A stretch of DNA of 64,000 nucleotides from positions 68,380-132,379 of the forward strand of contig NMRA01000133.1 of NCBI GenBank assembly GCA_002633005.1. The letters run 5' to 3'. Positions 13,208 through 28,200 of the stretch are shown one piece after another; position 1 is the first letter of the stretch, and each line of letters opens with the position of its first letter. The DNA comes from Phoronis australis (Eukaryota > Animalia > Phoronida). Under the pieces are notes generated by a model that made no database searches, was not told the DNA's origin, and was given only the letters and a program-made list of their open reading frames with translations. The position numbers and the translations under genes were made by a program.

Positions 13208-16200
13208 CTGAAACAGACACGTGAGTTGTCCGTTAGCCACAAGCCATGTATTACGTTCTCTAGCATTTCTCCAACATTCAAAGTTCTTATGAACCATATT
13301 TTGGTGTTAAGAATATCAACTTCCCCCACACACGTAACTACAACACAGACCTTGACAGTTTTGTCACTCCAGAAACTCCACGACTTGATCACAGTCTGAA
13401 CGGCAGACGCATGCCATTTTTACTCTCTACTTTTTTAATGTTTTGGCTATGCACTTTTAATTAGTACTTGCACGAATTCTCTTGAAAACGAGGTGTTGGG
13501 TCCCGCAAACTACAAAAAAATTTGCACAGAACACACATGCTTTCATGTTTGTGTTGTTTGAACTGATGCTAAAACGAGGCACTGTATCCTAAACAACAAT
13601 GTACAGCTATCCTTTTGGCAGCGCCACCAAGTGTGCAAGTAGTGAATTAAAATTTCATTCAATTTTATGCCCTCTTACCGGCCAACAGTACTTCTGTTGC
13701 GGCCAACAGTACTTTTGTTGGCTGCTACATCCTAAAAAAGTTCTTGCTTATGGCACTAGCACATGGTAAAAAGCATACAGCAAAAATAACCCAGGTTAGG
13801 ATAAGGAAAATACTTTTTTCGGAGCACTATCTTGCGACAACTTCAATGACCTACTCATCAAACTGCTTTAACTTTGGTGTCCCCTAGCCAGTCCCAAGAT
13901 CACCTAAGTTCCCAGTTTACATCAAAGCACATTCAGTTAAATTAGCACGAAAGGGTCTTTGAAGGTGGTAGGGAATGTCTGACCATTGAACGGAAATTTT
14001 AAATTTCAGTCCTTTCCAAAGAGAAATTGACATACATGGCAAATAAAACAAACACTCCTTATGATCAACCATGAGATAAACAAGCGATCAGACATTGAAC
14101 ATCACCCAAACTTCCTTTGAATTTCTCATTGTTAGTGACTTTTCCAGATACTGTCATAGAGAGACTTGTTATTTCCCACATTTGATAACAGCAGGGGAAA
14201 GCTATAAATTGATGACCTGAACTGATAACCACTGCCACCTGTTTTGAAGAGCACAGCCATCCTACATAAATTGTCCAATTAGACACTAGAACAATCTGGT
14301 CCAATAAGTCTATGGCTGATGCCCTGTTCACACCAAAGCAGTTAAAACTAAAACTGGATTTAAAGGTTATTAATAACTCTCGGTCTGAACACTTTAAAAC
14401 AGGTTTTAAAATTTGTGAGTAGCGTCCTGATAACCGTCTTTCAGGGAGTTTAGAGACAGGTTATAACCATTGACTAGGTGTGAACATGGCAGTTGTAAAA
14501 ACTCAGTAGGTGGCGCTGAAGTAGAATGTTGTTGGAAGCAGTGGGGCACCAAGGAACTTACTGGTCCGAACACAGCTTATGATTCACCAGTCTGGCACAG
14601 CAATACATCACAATGAGCTATACAGAGTTCTTGGTTTCCAAGACAATCTGCCACGAATTTTTTTTTTTTTTGCTTTCAGGCCATTTCATACAAAATTTAC
14701 TTCAGAACTAGAGGAGCATTCATGTAAACTGCTATGGTTGAAACTTTCACAACAGCTTAGTTTGTGGACACCCAAGTCATTACTGTTTGATGTGAGTGGG
14801 TCATCAAAGTTTCCGCAAAAATGTTATGCAGGCGCTTTTTATAATTTTAGTATCTTATGTATGGTCAGATATAAAATAACATGAAGTGGTCACAGTTGTA
14901 GAATAGAGAATATTTGAAAAAAATATTAAATAACACTACAACACGTGTCGTTATTGACAACACCTGCCGATAACCTTGACAATACTAACTTAATCGTTCG
15001 TGCCATACAAAAGCGTTAAATCCACCTGTTGACCAGAAAAGTTGAGGATTTTCATTTGACCTACTTGTTTACAGCACTAACCGTACTACATAAAAAGACA
15101 AAATAATTAATCAAACTAATAAACAGCAGGTAAAGACATGGACCGTTGTATTGTTTAATGATACAATGATAGAATATAGATGTTATTCAAGTTACTAACC
15201 GTTTGTGATGAGCTTACAACTGCAGCGTGACTATACGGTAAAAATTCTCCAATTTGAGACAAAATAATTATTAAAATTGCCGTTATCAATTTTCAGAGGT
15301 TAATACCAGGTTACAGTAAATGCTCACCACATGTTGTGTTGTAATAGCTACGTCATACAAACCATGCTAAAAGCAAAGTCAACATTTCTGAAAAACCATT
15401 TTTCTTGAGAAATCGGACAAAATGGAATTTCACCTGCACGTCATATTGTGCACCAAACTGATGACTGTTCTCCATATTATATAAGTCAATGTCTACCTGA
15501 GGCCAATACTTACTTGGTATAGATCAGAAGTTTTATTTAAAATATGAAATGGTGCATTAGTTGGTTTACCATTGTTTTCCCCAAACGAAATTTTCACAAA
15601 AATCAGCTGAATAAATCATAAAATGTCAATTCTACAGTACCAAGTGAAAATTCTTTGGTAAGTAGGCGACACCTGTAGCCAACACTACTTATTAAACCAC
15701 TGACAACTGACAAACAAGGAGATGCTTTTTTAATGGTCTCCATCTGTTAGGAGACGTGATCTCATGGCTTCATCGCTGGCAATGAGGCGAATCGGCAATG
15801 AATGGAAATGTCAGTGCAATCACTGACCAATAAGACATTAGGATGATTCAACCAACGCAATGTATCAATGATTGTCCACAACTCATAATATTTAATGTCC
15901 CATGCTTCGTGTAGTCCGCACTGTACTTCAAATCAAGTGGAATTTCTATAAATCAAACGCCAACCTATCCATGAATGGAACCGTAGGCAAGGCTGAGAAA
16001 TAAAAGCTTGTAGACAATTGGATGACACAAACCCATGATTAACAGTGTAGGGGGTTATGCAACAGTCTTTGACACAAGCCACGTCCTGACCCACTTCAAT
16101 GTAATAATTTCTAGTTCACTTCCAGCCGTTATTCAATGTTTGCATTGTTTAAGACACCTGGACCTTCAAGGTGGTCAGCAAAATTTGAAAATTAAACTGT

Positions 16201-19200
16201 TCAAAATTTAAATTAAGAATTGCATAACGACTACGCCTTGTGCCATTGTTATCTTCGGAGTGAGAGATAGATAATTTGGCCGGCAACAGATGGTGTGCTG
16301 ACAGCATTCACTTCTAAGAGTTTGTTCTGGTAAAGAATCTACAATTTTGAACACAGCATGGCTGAGTACTGATATTCTAGCTAGTCAAAATTTTCAGGAC
16401 GTTTGATGCGATCAGCTGTCATCATCCAAAACAGGGTGAAACTATGTCCACTTTTAGCGACGCAGTGAGCTTCTAAAGCTGACAATTTAAGCGATTACTT
16501 TACTTTGAACTTGAGCAAATCTATCTGATGCTTTTTATATATAGGTCATGATTCATTTATCTTGTCATAACCCTTAAAGAACAGTAAAAGGATGGATGAC
16601 TGGTATCTTCACCTATGCTCCAGGAGATGCTCAAAGCCCACTCAACTGTGACCATGTTTTCACAGAGGGTTTTAATGAGGGGCAATATACCAGGGACACA
16701 AGCCATGAACAATCAATGTTTACACGACAACTCCACGAAAAAACAACAGTGAACAGTGACCAGGTCTGCAGTATGCTTATCATCGGCAAACTATGTGTAT
16801 GGTATCATAAAAGATTTGAGCGAAAAAATAGGGCGTATCATTCTTGAGCAAACAGATCGAGATGAAGATGTCAAAGAGAAACCGAAACAAAACTGATAAT
16901 CTATGGAAGGATTTGTATAAAGCATGGATAATACAATGAAGTCGTATTCTATAAACTGTTACAAGATTGAACTTTATTAATGTAACTTGTGGGAATTCTG
17001 GATGGCATTTCATACCAATGTTGGCAAATCGATATTTTGGTGTTTGTCGGTTGGTAGGCCTATAAACAGCTATGGTAACTTTATTCCTGGATCGTAGTTC
17101 ACAGCGCAAGTTAACTTCGAAGTTTGCAGCGAACAAGTAGATTCAACAGCGGCCAATCGACAATTTGATGCCACTTCAGTGTCATCAGAGTTATTAGCGA
17201 GTGTCGATTTCAACGTCACGTTTTGTGATGTCATTTTATAATATTTTGTTTTAAAAGTGTTCATGTTTCTACAATTATAAACATTTCATGACCATATATT
17301 AGATATTTCAACTTAAAAATATGCCTGCATAAGGTTTTAAGAGCGCCATCTTGCGCTAACGTCAGAAACTAGCAACTCAAACATCAAACATCTATAATCA
17401 TTGTTCGCTAACAACCAAAGCCTGTTCGAAAATTTTCAAATGACCTCAGTGACACTCATCTAGTTCCAGAATAAAGTTGGTATAAAGACTTAGGACTGTC
17501 CAAATTTGGCCATGGATGGTTACAATATCATTTCAGAATACTTTAGAACACAGTAGCCATTTTGTGATGCAGTAGAGGTAGAATGAAACATGCCTTGTAC
17601 CTAGATGGCGTTAGGGCAGTTTGTACCCAGTTCTTTGCACTCATATAGTGGTATTTAATACGGTAACAATTCCTAGCATTTTTAAAATTCTTCACAACCA
17701 TCTTCCAGCCAAATTGCCACTGATGTATGGTGAGGTAATCATACCAACTGCCGAAAAAACAGTGAAACATCTCAAAATGTCCTTGAACAAAAGAAATTAT
17801 GTTTCTTCTCTTTTAACTCAACCTATCTTCCACAGCAGGAGTTAGAAATAAGGCCAAATGAAAGATGCTCTTTACTGTTCTCACACGAGTTGTATGCCAA
17901 ATTCTACCTATTTTCCCCATGCCAGAAGCATTTCATAGATTTCATAAATTTCCCCTTGGCCTGGTGGTAAACAAATATCATGGGTGAGCCCAAACAGGCA
18001 AAAATTACAACATTTTCAGTGGTACTGATGATGCAATGCTAGAGGACAGATGACGTTATCAGGCCAGTTGCACTAATGGGCCATTCCAATGTCTGCCGAT
18101 TTCCTCCCCTTCAAAGGAATACACAGAAACCGAGCAGTGCACAATCCACTGTAAATATACAGATCTGGTCAGAGAATTTACTGTCCCTTCACCATTCCCA
18201 ATGATGGTGTTGAAAGAATTATTTCCCTGGCACAGATAACATCTAAGGATCCGAGAAGGGCAAAAACAACAAAGCTCGGGTAAAAAACAAGATACTAAAT
18301 AAATGTTTATCAAGCAACGCGTGTCTCAGCAAAAAACAAAGAGGCATTAATGCGCATTTGATTAAACAAATATGTCTGTGTGTTTCTGGGGATAGAGTCT
18401 GCACCGGTCACCATGGTAAGGGCTTGGACGATGAGTGGGTAAACAAATAGGAGGTCTGTTTTGTGATATCAACTTGATTAGACGAAATATAATTTAATTA
18501 CAAGTGGACATGCTGGTTGGAAGTGTCTAGTTACCTGCCACTTCAGTTAGTATAAACCACAATAGTATGACCAGAGGAGGAACGAAAACAAGCCATGTTC
18601 AAGCACTAACATATTCATAAGTCAACTCAATTGGTGTGACTTGAGACAACACAAGCAATCCCCCCTGTAATTGTCACCACAGTAGAATTAAATCTACATA
18701 ATGTATAATGAACAAACTTTAAATGACATAAAGGCAGCAGCGCATGAAATTGACTGTGTCTTCATTAAGGTATTTTTATTGAAGTCTTTTGTGAAGTTTT
18801 GGACTTATGTAATGCTAACGTTGCATTCAATAAATTATAAATATGACCTTCCCCACATTGTCATTACACAAACAAATGACCAAGAAAATTTTTATTCTAA
18901 TTTACAAATTTAGTCTAAAAAATGAAATTCCAAGTAAAAACGTCCTATTATTTAAAACCGGATTAACAACACATCTACCCCTCGGCAGCTGACACCGTTT
19001 ATTTAAAACGGGAATTACAACATTTCTGCCGCTTAGCAGCCGACACCATGGGTGGTAAAACACCCCGCGGTGCTCTTTACACCAAGAAACTTTTGTCTAC
19101 AAGAAGGTTCACATTTCTGTGATAAAATGGAGTCCTATTGTAATTAAATCTTTCTTCACTTGAGAAGGACAAAGTCAGTTTATTCAGCCAACATAAACAT

Positions 19201-22200
19201 TTGATAATGTGTGGGGGATGGTTACATACTTAATTGCACATTGTTTCTATCTTAGTACAAATGATTCACCCTTCCTTCTCTCTAAAAAGAGGAAACATTC
19301 AGTTAAAGTACTTGGTTATGTTTTTTTGTATGATACCTCTCTTGATAGTTGGTTGCACCAGTAAACTTCAGAAGTTCGTGGTTTTTGATTATCTTTGTCA
19401 AACAGACACTCAAAATTTTATTTCCTCTTCATTTAGCTGACAAAAAACGAATTCTGTCACTTAAGCTCATAAATATCATTTCATAATATTCCATACCAAT
19501 GATAGGACTTGATTTCCACAACCAGCAAGAACATTGAAATGAAAAGTGACTCGCGAAACGCTTCAAACTTTTTTGGGGTTGGCCAACTCTGAAATTGCGA
19601 ATTTGAAAATGGCGCATACGTGCATTGCCTGTAACTTGTGTTGCTGGATCATTCGACTGTAATTTAGGACTTCAAGAAGGGAAAGGGCCACTCTCAAAGG
19701 CTTAGGGTTTTTAGAACTGTAGCCCAGTTGAACACATTTAATTTCTCACTAAATAATTTCATAAGGTTGGTAGAGTACAAATTGATGGTTCTTATTTCCA
19801 CAATCAGAAATTTTTGTAATCATTAATCTTCTTGTAATTACAAGTAACAACAGACATATACCTATAACTGCAGTTAACATAGCTGCTACAATTTATAATT
19901 CTTACGATTGACAATATCAACATAGATATCGTTATTACAGTAAAAAATCACCAGTTAGGACGCACTATGTCACCAAAGTTCCATACCAAAGCGATCCATC
20001 TTTCCAACCAAATTTAGAAAAATTCCAGGCACTTGCAACAATGTTAGAACCTGGTGAAAAATAGAGAAAGGTCGCTTCTGCCAACTATCTTAAGTTTGTC
20101 TCAAACTGATGAGATTTATCTCATATCATAAACCATTTGGCTCATCAGTCAAAATGACTAATAAAGCTTGCAATTTCCTACAACAACATTCATTTCAGAG
20201 AGAAACTCCTAAATGGTGAAATGATCTAATAGTCACCTCAAGTGTTTACATGGGGGCAACCTAATCCTAGATGAGTCTCAATTAACCAGTTGATAAACAT
20301 ATGGATAAACAACCCCTGTAATACTTAACTATTACAAATATTAGTGACTTCTGAGCAATTCCTTTTTAATTGCACTCACAGCTGTAGGATAACCTTGTGA
20401 ATATCTTCACAGCCAGTTGAACAATAAACACTTTTGTTTTCGTTTAGAAGAGACTGTGGAAGAGCATTAGAAAGGGTCTTGATGTGGCTGCCCTGCAATA
20501 AATATACGGTAGAGCCCCAACTCTTACCAATTGAAGATAATCTGAAGACTGAAGGACGTTTATATCGACCTCGACGCTTCGATGTTTTGGGAAATGTCAA
20601 TCAATATGAACAGCTGACTTCGAATTTGGGGCAAAGATAACTTTGCAGAAAATAGTTCGATTTAACATGGAGCTGGTTAACTTCAGGCCATCGAACTTAA
20701 TGACTGGCAGCTGTCTATCAATAATGGCACATTGAGGTATTTTTAATTTTTTAAAAATATTCAACACTCTACCACCATCAGGACTTCATTTTATTAATTA
20801 CCCAACAGTGTTATACTTCAAATTTAAAGAAATCACGCCTGCACATTTTTGGGAGCGCCATTTAGTGATAATATCAAAATGACCCACATATCAAAACTGC
20901 AAAAGGCCTGTGGTCCATTAACTACCAAACCAGGTCCTTGCTGTATGTACGGTATCAACAATTCCCCGGTACTAGATTTAAGTTGGTAAAAAGGCCTTAA
21001 TGCACAACTCCAATATATTTTCTCATTTTTTTCATACCAGCTGCAGTCCAGGACAAGCTTAGAATAGACCAAAAATATCTATTTTTGGTGTTTTTTTTCA
21101 GAAAAGATCAAAAGAAGATAGCAAAGTTTAACTTCAACTAAAAAACTACGGAAATATTTCGCACCAGTGGCGGAAAGCCACATTTGAGAAAATGAAATAT
21201 AACCAGTCCCGCTATATTGTGTGCTAAATCTAAGTGCATTTACCACAACTTCCATCAAGCCACACTAAATGATACATAGATCCAGTCCCCCTATATTGTG
21301 CGCTAAATCTAAGTGCATTTACCACAACTTCCATCAAGCCACACTAAATGATACATAGATACCACTAGTACTTCATGCTTTGTTTGTCTATAGAGATACA
21401 CATGAACCTAATCCCATAAAATCTTTCCACTTAAAGACTGTGCAGTTCAAATGTTTATAATTGCCTGCTGCTTTCAGCCACTTATGCAGTATTCCTCTTC
21501 ATAATATCAACATTCCTTCAGGTCAAAGATCAATTCAAAGACAGTGTAAACGATTTTCTAAAAGAGTGTTTAGAACGAATAAAATGTAAGAATAACAATA
21601 GACTAATCTTGGTCATAATTCTAATTAAGAATTTAATCACAAGTGAGAAGACATCACGTTTCTGACCAGACGTTCTTTGCAACCTGTGGCCGGATCTTTT
21701 TTATTCTTTTCATAACCATTTGCTGAGGGCAAAGGAAATTGTTTTCTAAATTTGTACAGACATGTCACATCACATGGCCATCACAGAGCTTTTACTGATG
21801 TGTAAAAGTACCGGCTATATTTAGTGAGCACAATCCAATTCCAATAACCCAGTGTAGTTCTTATTGACAGGCCTGCTTATGGTAAAGTTTCCTTAAAGTT
21901 GAACAAAATTAATGGTCAAAATTGTCACTATTTCATTTTCAGACGCTCTCTGTATTGCCAAAAGTGTTCAAAACTTCATCGTGCACTTGTTGACAAAAGC
22001 CCTAATATATAAAATCTTCAAATAATCAAGTAAAATTATCTTCTTTTTTACTGCTGTTGAAGATTTTGATAAATAACTTTTTATTGTTATGCTATATCAC
22101 ATTCTAATTTGAAGAAACTTTAGCGTACTTAAATTATCTGCAACACTATAGACTTTAACTGTAAAAGTCTGCATACTTTGCTAAATATACAGCTATAGAT

Positions 22201-25200
22201 TTTAACTTGAAAGTAAAACTACATATGTTCTGAAAGTTGAAAGCCCGTAGAATTTGACTTTTGACTTTTTACCAATCTGCTGTTAATTACGTCATGTGAT
22301 CACATATTTACGGTAAAACTGAACAAAAAGGAAAGGCACATTGACAGCAAAACAACTGTATCAATAACATGATCAATTCTATTTGATATAAATGTTCAAG
22401 ATGAGATTTATAAAACGCTGTTACAGGTTTCTAAATTTTTTTTTCATTTTAAGCAATTTATGATTTTTTATGAAAATCATAAGTCCTATTGTGCCAAAGT
22501 GGAATAATTTAAAAAGAATTCCCAATAATAATTTGGCGAACAGCGCACAAGGCATAGCATCTGAAAGTTTCAGAAGAATCCGATCAGCCATTTGTGAGAT
22601 ATCATGTTCCAAATCATCTTGTGCAAATGGTTAATAATTTCCTTTCCAAACAGATCGCCAACCAGTAAAAACGGAGTTAAAAAGTCCTCAGAGTTGGCCT
22701 ACCTGTCCAAACTCCAGGCGAACTATGAGCACCCTCCTCCAATATCTTCCATCAAACCCCCCTGTCTGTGCCCTGGATCAGCCTTGAGTTTGGCATTAAC
22801 ATCGCATTAACATTCCTACTTATTACATCTAGGGGAGAACTCTTACCTAAAGCATACAGCTTATCACAGTGTGAAGACAGGCGTTCGCCAAGTGAATCTG
22901 ATGTCTTACTGCCCATTAAAACTAGAAACAGTCACTGAGCAGCATAATATTACGCAATATTACACAATATCACTGTGTATTATATAATATTTAATTGTAC
23001 TGGCCCCACTCCCCTGGGGAATTAACAAGCCATAAACAGACATGTGGCCTGAAGACTTACATCATTTCAGAGAATGTGACTGTCTTATAGCAGGATGGTA
23101 TCCATTACTGTCACTTGTTGCACAATTTACTCCAGCTTGACACAAAGTCACATTCTTCAGTCTGTGGCACACATTTTGAAGGTTGCTTCAGAGGACAAGG
23201 TGCCCCAGCACAATGCACCTCATTACTAAGACAGTAAGACTATCTGGTGCCCCCTCTGCGCCGGACTAACATGAACAACGCACAACTTGACAAAGCTATG
23301 ATATGGTACAAGCTAAAAATATTCAGGCAAAAAGACCCAAACCCCCCCCCTCATGACCGACAATGAAGGGAAATTAACAGAAAATTAGAATGGTAAGGCG
23401 GCTGAGTGACTTAGTAATTAGAACCTTGCAACCCTACGGTTGACAGAATTAGCCGTCATGACAGGATACGGTATTTTGTCTGGTTACGGACGGGTCTTTC
23501 ACTGTACCTATCTTTCCCCCTGAATGCAACAGCCATGCACTTCATCAAATACCCCCTAAGCTCAACTACAGTGTTGATAAAAACAATGGACCTAACAATG
23601 CTCTTTGACTTTTTTGCTTTGACCAAAAGCATAAATTATCTGCACCAAAGTCAGTTTAGAAGTTGTGTAAAACTACTGTAGGAAAGTACACACTCACATC
23701 ATTTTTTCCCAAAATTTTTAAATTCGTTTTCAAATCCTCACGAATGCATTCGCGTTCCATGTTTCCCACGTACAATAAGATGTCGTTTTTTTAATTTAAA
23801 AAGTTTATCAAACGTGTTCTTCTCTGCTGTGCATCACTGTTTAAGTGTATCTGGTAATAAGATACGCAGATGTGCAATTGTAACTACTTTCACACTACAG
23901 AAAACGTGAGCTGTCGTCTGCTTTAAGCAAATTTGTCGATGTTTACGCATTTCCACACACGTTGGATTTTCAGTTCTGGAGCATAGAGACTCTCATTTTC
24001 CATTTTTTAGTGCAGGAAATCCAGTTCAATGAAAATAATATTCTATTTTTTTCTGTTTTGTAAATTAGGAAAGTCCGTTTAACTACTTCAAAGTGATAAA
24101 AGTAAAACACATAAAAATCGTCTTGGAAGCGCCTTACATTTTCCAATGAGTTATGACGCAGTTGTGTTTCACTGTTACCTAGTTGTGTGCCATTTTATTA
24201 TTTTTCAAAACCCAAAATAAGGAACAGTCACCTTCAAAAAATGAAAAAGTTTTACTTGAGATCAATCAATTTGAGGCCAGAATTGTCAAATTTTATGTAT
24301 TACGTTCTTATATTTTGGTAATTAAGAGCAAAAAACGTTAGAATTATGGTATTTACTACTGAAATGTTTTCTGTTTTCATGGAAAGGCAGCGGCTGTAGG
24401 AGAACAAAAATGTTTTCTGCAATAGTCACTTTCAGGGGTCCCAGATTTTGAGAATCAGTTTGATGCCTGTGGAGAAAGTTGGTTCTCAAAATTCGGAGTT
24501 GCAAACTCATTTAACTTTGCATCTTTTTGAAACCACGGAAGGGTATATCTGCAAATCCCATATGGGAACATCTGGTAGCACGATTTTGATTCACACTGAA
24601 AAGAACCAACCTATTTTTCACAACCAGTGGTTTCATTTCAAACAAAACGAAGGCCTATGTCAGGTAAACAAACGCATCCATAACCGACGACAGAGTTTCT
24701 TCAAAATTGCAGAGGATTGCTATCTAACTTTGTTGTTAAATTACGAGCATTTTTCTAAAAATCCCAGTGCGAAAACTCGCCGACTGATGCGTCCTTGCCT
24801 CGCGAGGTCAACTTGAATTCTTGAGTAAAAATATAGTTCCGACTTAACAAATTACCTAGTAAGTCCTCCCTGTTTTCAAAATAGCGTCCCTAAGATTTTT
24901 AAGTTCCTGTGGAGTCGGGATTAACTGTATATTAAGTCCAAATCTGCCCTAGATCATACTCCGCAACACGAGAAAAATCTCTGGATGAACACACGTTGTT
25001 GTCACGTGATGTTTGTTTTTAATTTCGCCAGCGTATTGTGTGAGAAATCGAGCGCGTATGTGTCATCGGATTGCATGTAATGATCAAGGTGTGCATTGTA
25101 ACTAAGGAAATTAACACAAGCAGTAAAGCAGAACGTGTTTTATTTAGCACTTGTTGATCTCATCTGCTAAAAAACGTTCGAGAATTGTCTTGGTGAGGCC

Positions 25201-28200
25201 GATGTCATTGAGTCGCCGGGTGACTGCATGCGTGACAGTCTAACAGTTATTTTTTGGGAGATTCGCGGGGGGGGGTGTAAGGGTGCAGAAATGTTCACTA
25301 TCAGTGTGTCATTTTGATTTTAAAAACACCAATTACGACTAATTTTTCACCCTTAAAAATAACGCAAATTTTTTTTACCATATTAGAAACTTTCGGAAAT
25401 AAGTTCCAGTATTTATTTCTTGCCGATGCTATGCTACCCGTATCATGAATAGATAGTTCCCGAAGACTAATCTTCGACGACAGATTCTTGAATGTAGTGC
25501 GCGCTTCCTAGCCACGTACTTCTAACTGAACAAAGGTCAAGTTTTTATATGTCTTCGATTCTCGGTTTTCACGTGTACAAAGAGATTTGGATTCCTGTTG
25601 AGGGAGAAGATCTGTACAGGAAAGATACAATACAATCCCTTTGACAAGTACGCTGTGTCTGTTCTGAAAGGTCAGACCATAATAGGACATGTCCCACCCA
25701 AGATCAGCAAAACTTGCGTTCTTTTTGAAGCACGGCGGAAGCTTATAGTCACAGCTAAATACTGACATAGTAGCGAGGCTCGTGGTCTACAAATTCCACG
25801 CACAATGATTTTTTCAGGACTGTCCGATCTTTTTGATAAATTTAAGACGTTACTGTAGAATTTTAGAATTGTAGGTAAGGCATTTTTCACATGTACACGG
25901 CGTTCATGGACTGGGCGCTTATTTTAGCAAAGTCTGAAAATGCATGGGGGGGGCGGCGCTTATTGGAGCATGGGTGCTTATTAGGGCGAATACAGTATTC
26001 ACAGTTTCAATGAGACGAGCATCTTTAATATATAACACTTTTGCCCTGAATGAAATTTACCATTCAAGTGTAAATGGGTGATGAGTCACGCCAGTAATTG
26101 AAATGACACTGTAATCAAGAAATCAACATAAGAACACCTGTGACATGAGCAGAAAATATGGACCACCATATGCATCACAAATGTTAAAGAAATCAAGGGG
26201 TGCTCACTTTTTGAATTATTTCTGTGGCAGTCGGAGCCAACCAAAAATCAGAACGAGCTATGCAAGCTCTGCTCATCGGGAACACACAGGACCAATTGGG
26301 AACACACAGGACCAATTGGGAACATACAGGACCAAGTGTATGAAGATGCATAAAAAGATATTGTCAATATTTAAGCAAACACAATGACAACTTGTCACTA
26401 GGGCCCTTCACAGAAGTCAGACCCATTCAAAAATCGACATAACTTGAATTTTCTTCAATAGCAACACATTTGCCAACCCATAAAAGAACTTAGCAGATAT
26501 TTACACAGTCGCAAAGAAAACTAAACTGCCACTAGGTGGCGCAGCAGTAGAACAGTTACTCATGCTCTCCTCAACAGGAACAAGTTTCATTATTCTTAAG
26601 GCGGAAGGCTAATGCAAAAAACAGCCACAAAAATAGTTAAAATGACCACAAGGAGGTGTATTGAAAAGTCGAATTCATCGTCAACTGGGCACAATTTCAT
26701 GACAATTCATCAAGGAACAAAGCAAAAACAAAAACAGAAACAAAATTGCCACTACAGGTCACTGTTGTGCCCATTTAAAGCAATATCAGCCATGCTCTAT
26801 TCCATAGGAACACCTCTGCCCAATTTCTTTAAAGCAGTTTGGAGAATATAAAGGGCACATCAAAAACAGAGTGACACACTGGAAAATAGTAAAAATGGCC
26901 ACTAGAGGGTGCAAAAATATGTCAAATCTGTCCGTCATTGGTATAGTGTTATCTTCTCAATAGAGACCTATTTGCCAAATTTCATGACATTGAACTTGGT
27001 AGATACAGAGCCAAACAAAAAATAAAATTGTCAGCAGGGGGCGCAATAGTTATCATATCTGTCCAAAAGTCGCCATCAACCATTGTCAATTAAATGGGAT
27101 CACATCTGCCAACTTTCACGAAGATCTACCAGGGGAATCAGGGGATAGAGCAGTAGACACCGGACACAAAGACAACAACGCAAGTAATGTGCACTCAAGT
27201 ACTTGCATGAGGGCACATAACAACTATGGTGAGTGTACTGACATCGAGGAGCTGTTAAAAGTCTGTTAGAATCAGATAATCGTAAAAACTGACAAAAAGT
27301 AGGGTGAGATTTAACACGCACTACGAGACCAAAATACAACCGTTCTTACAATCCAGTTTCAAACTGGCAGTAGCCAGCAGAAACTGAAGTCAAATGATAG
27401 CGTAACAGCATAGGTCACAGAAAGGTAAAAGGGAATCTATGTGAGAGTGATAAACAAATCAAATGAATAAAAAATGGCACTTTATACAATCTGGTTTCAA
27501 ATTGTAAGCTTTAATTAAAAAGATGAATGGTAAACAGAGCAATCTCACACAGTTTTTTAACAGTTTATGTAAGATAAAACAGATATGACCCAAGTCGCCA
27601 TGTACAAGCTCAGATTTAGCTGAGAATAACAAAATGTAAAACAACTTGAGAACAGAGACAAAACAAAGAAATAAAACCTGACTGGTGTTATGCTTTCTGA
27701 TCGAAGCTACGTTCTGGACAATATTTGTACATGACAGGAGTATAAGAAAACACTGCTGAACGTACCGCAGCCTACTTTTAAAACCCAAAACAAAGCCAAG
27801 ACCATTTGTACCATAACGTTCTGCGTATTTGAACTGGTTAATTAAAAAAGATCAGATCAGACCTCACAGCTACGTATTTGCTCTACAATTAATGGCATAG
27901 CAGTGAAAATACTGGGTAAACCAACCTGAGTAACAAAAAAGTACAAACTTTAGGGGGTAACATTAGTAGTATCTTTAACAGGATGAACGTTTTCCAAACC
28001 AAGTTGGGGGAGCGGGCCGCACTTGAGATCTATTTTGGCCCAACGGTAATTCCCCACTTATTTAGTTTAAAAGGAATTGCCAAAATTATCGTTTTTCTTT
28101 TTTTTCAAGTGCTGATAGCCTGGCTCGAAACAAAGTTAACCACCAAAAGTCAGTGGTTATATGAAATCATGCTGGTAATAGTCTTAGACTAAAATTTTAT

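Noticed and set aside
13749-13770. TATGGCACTAGCACAT resembling miR-96/miR-183 mature sequence
   Set aside because: No complementary star arm nearby and the 3' half diverges; no hairpin.
15869-15890. TGATTGTCCA resembling the miR-219 5' end
   Set aside because: Only ~10 nt match and no precursor hairpin.
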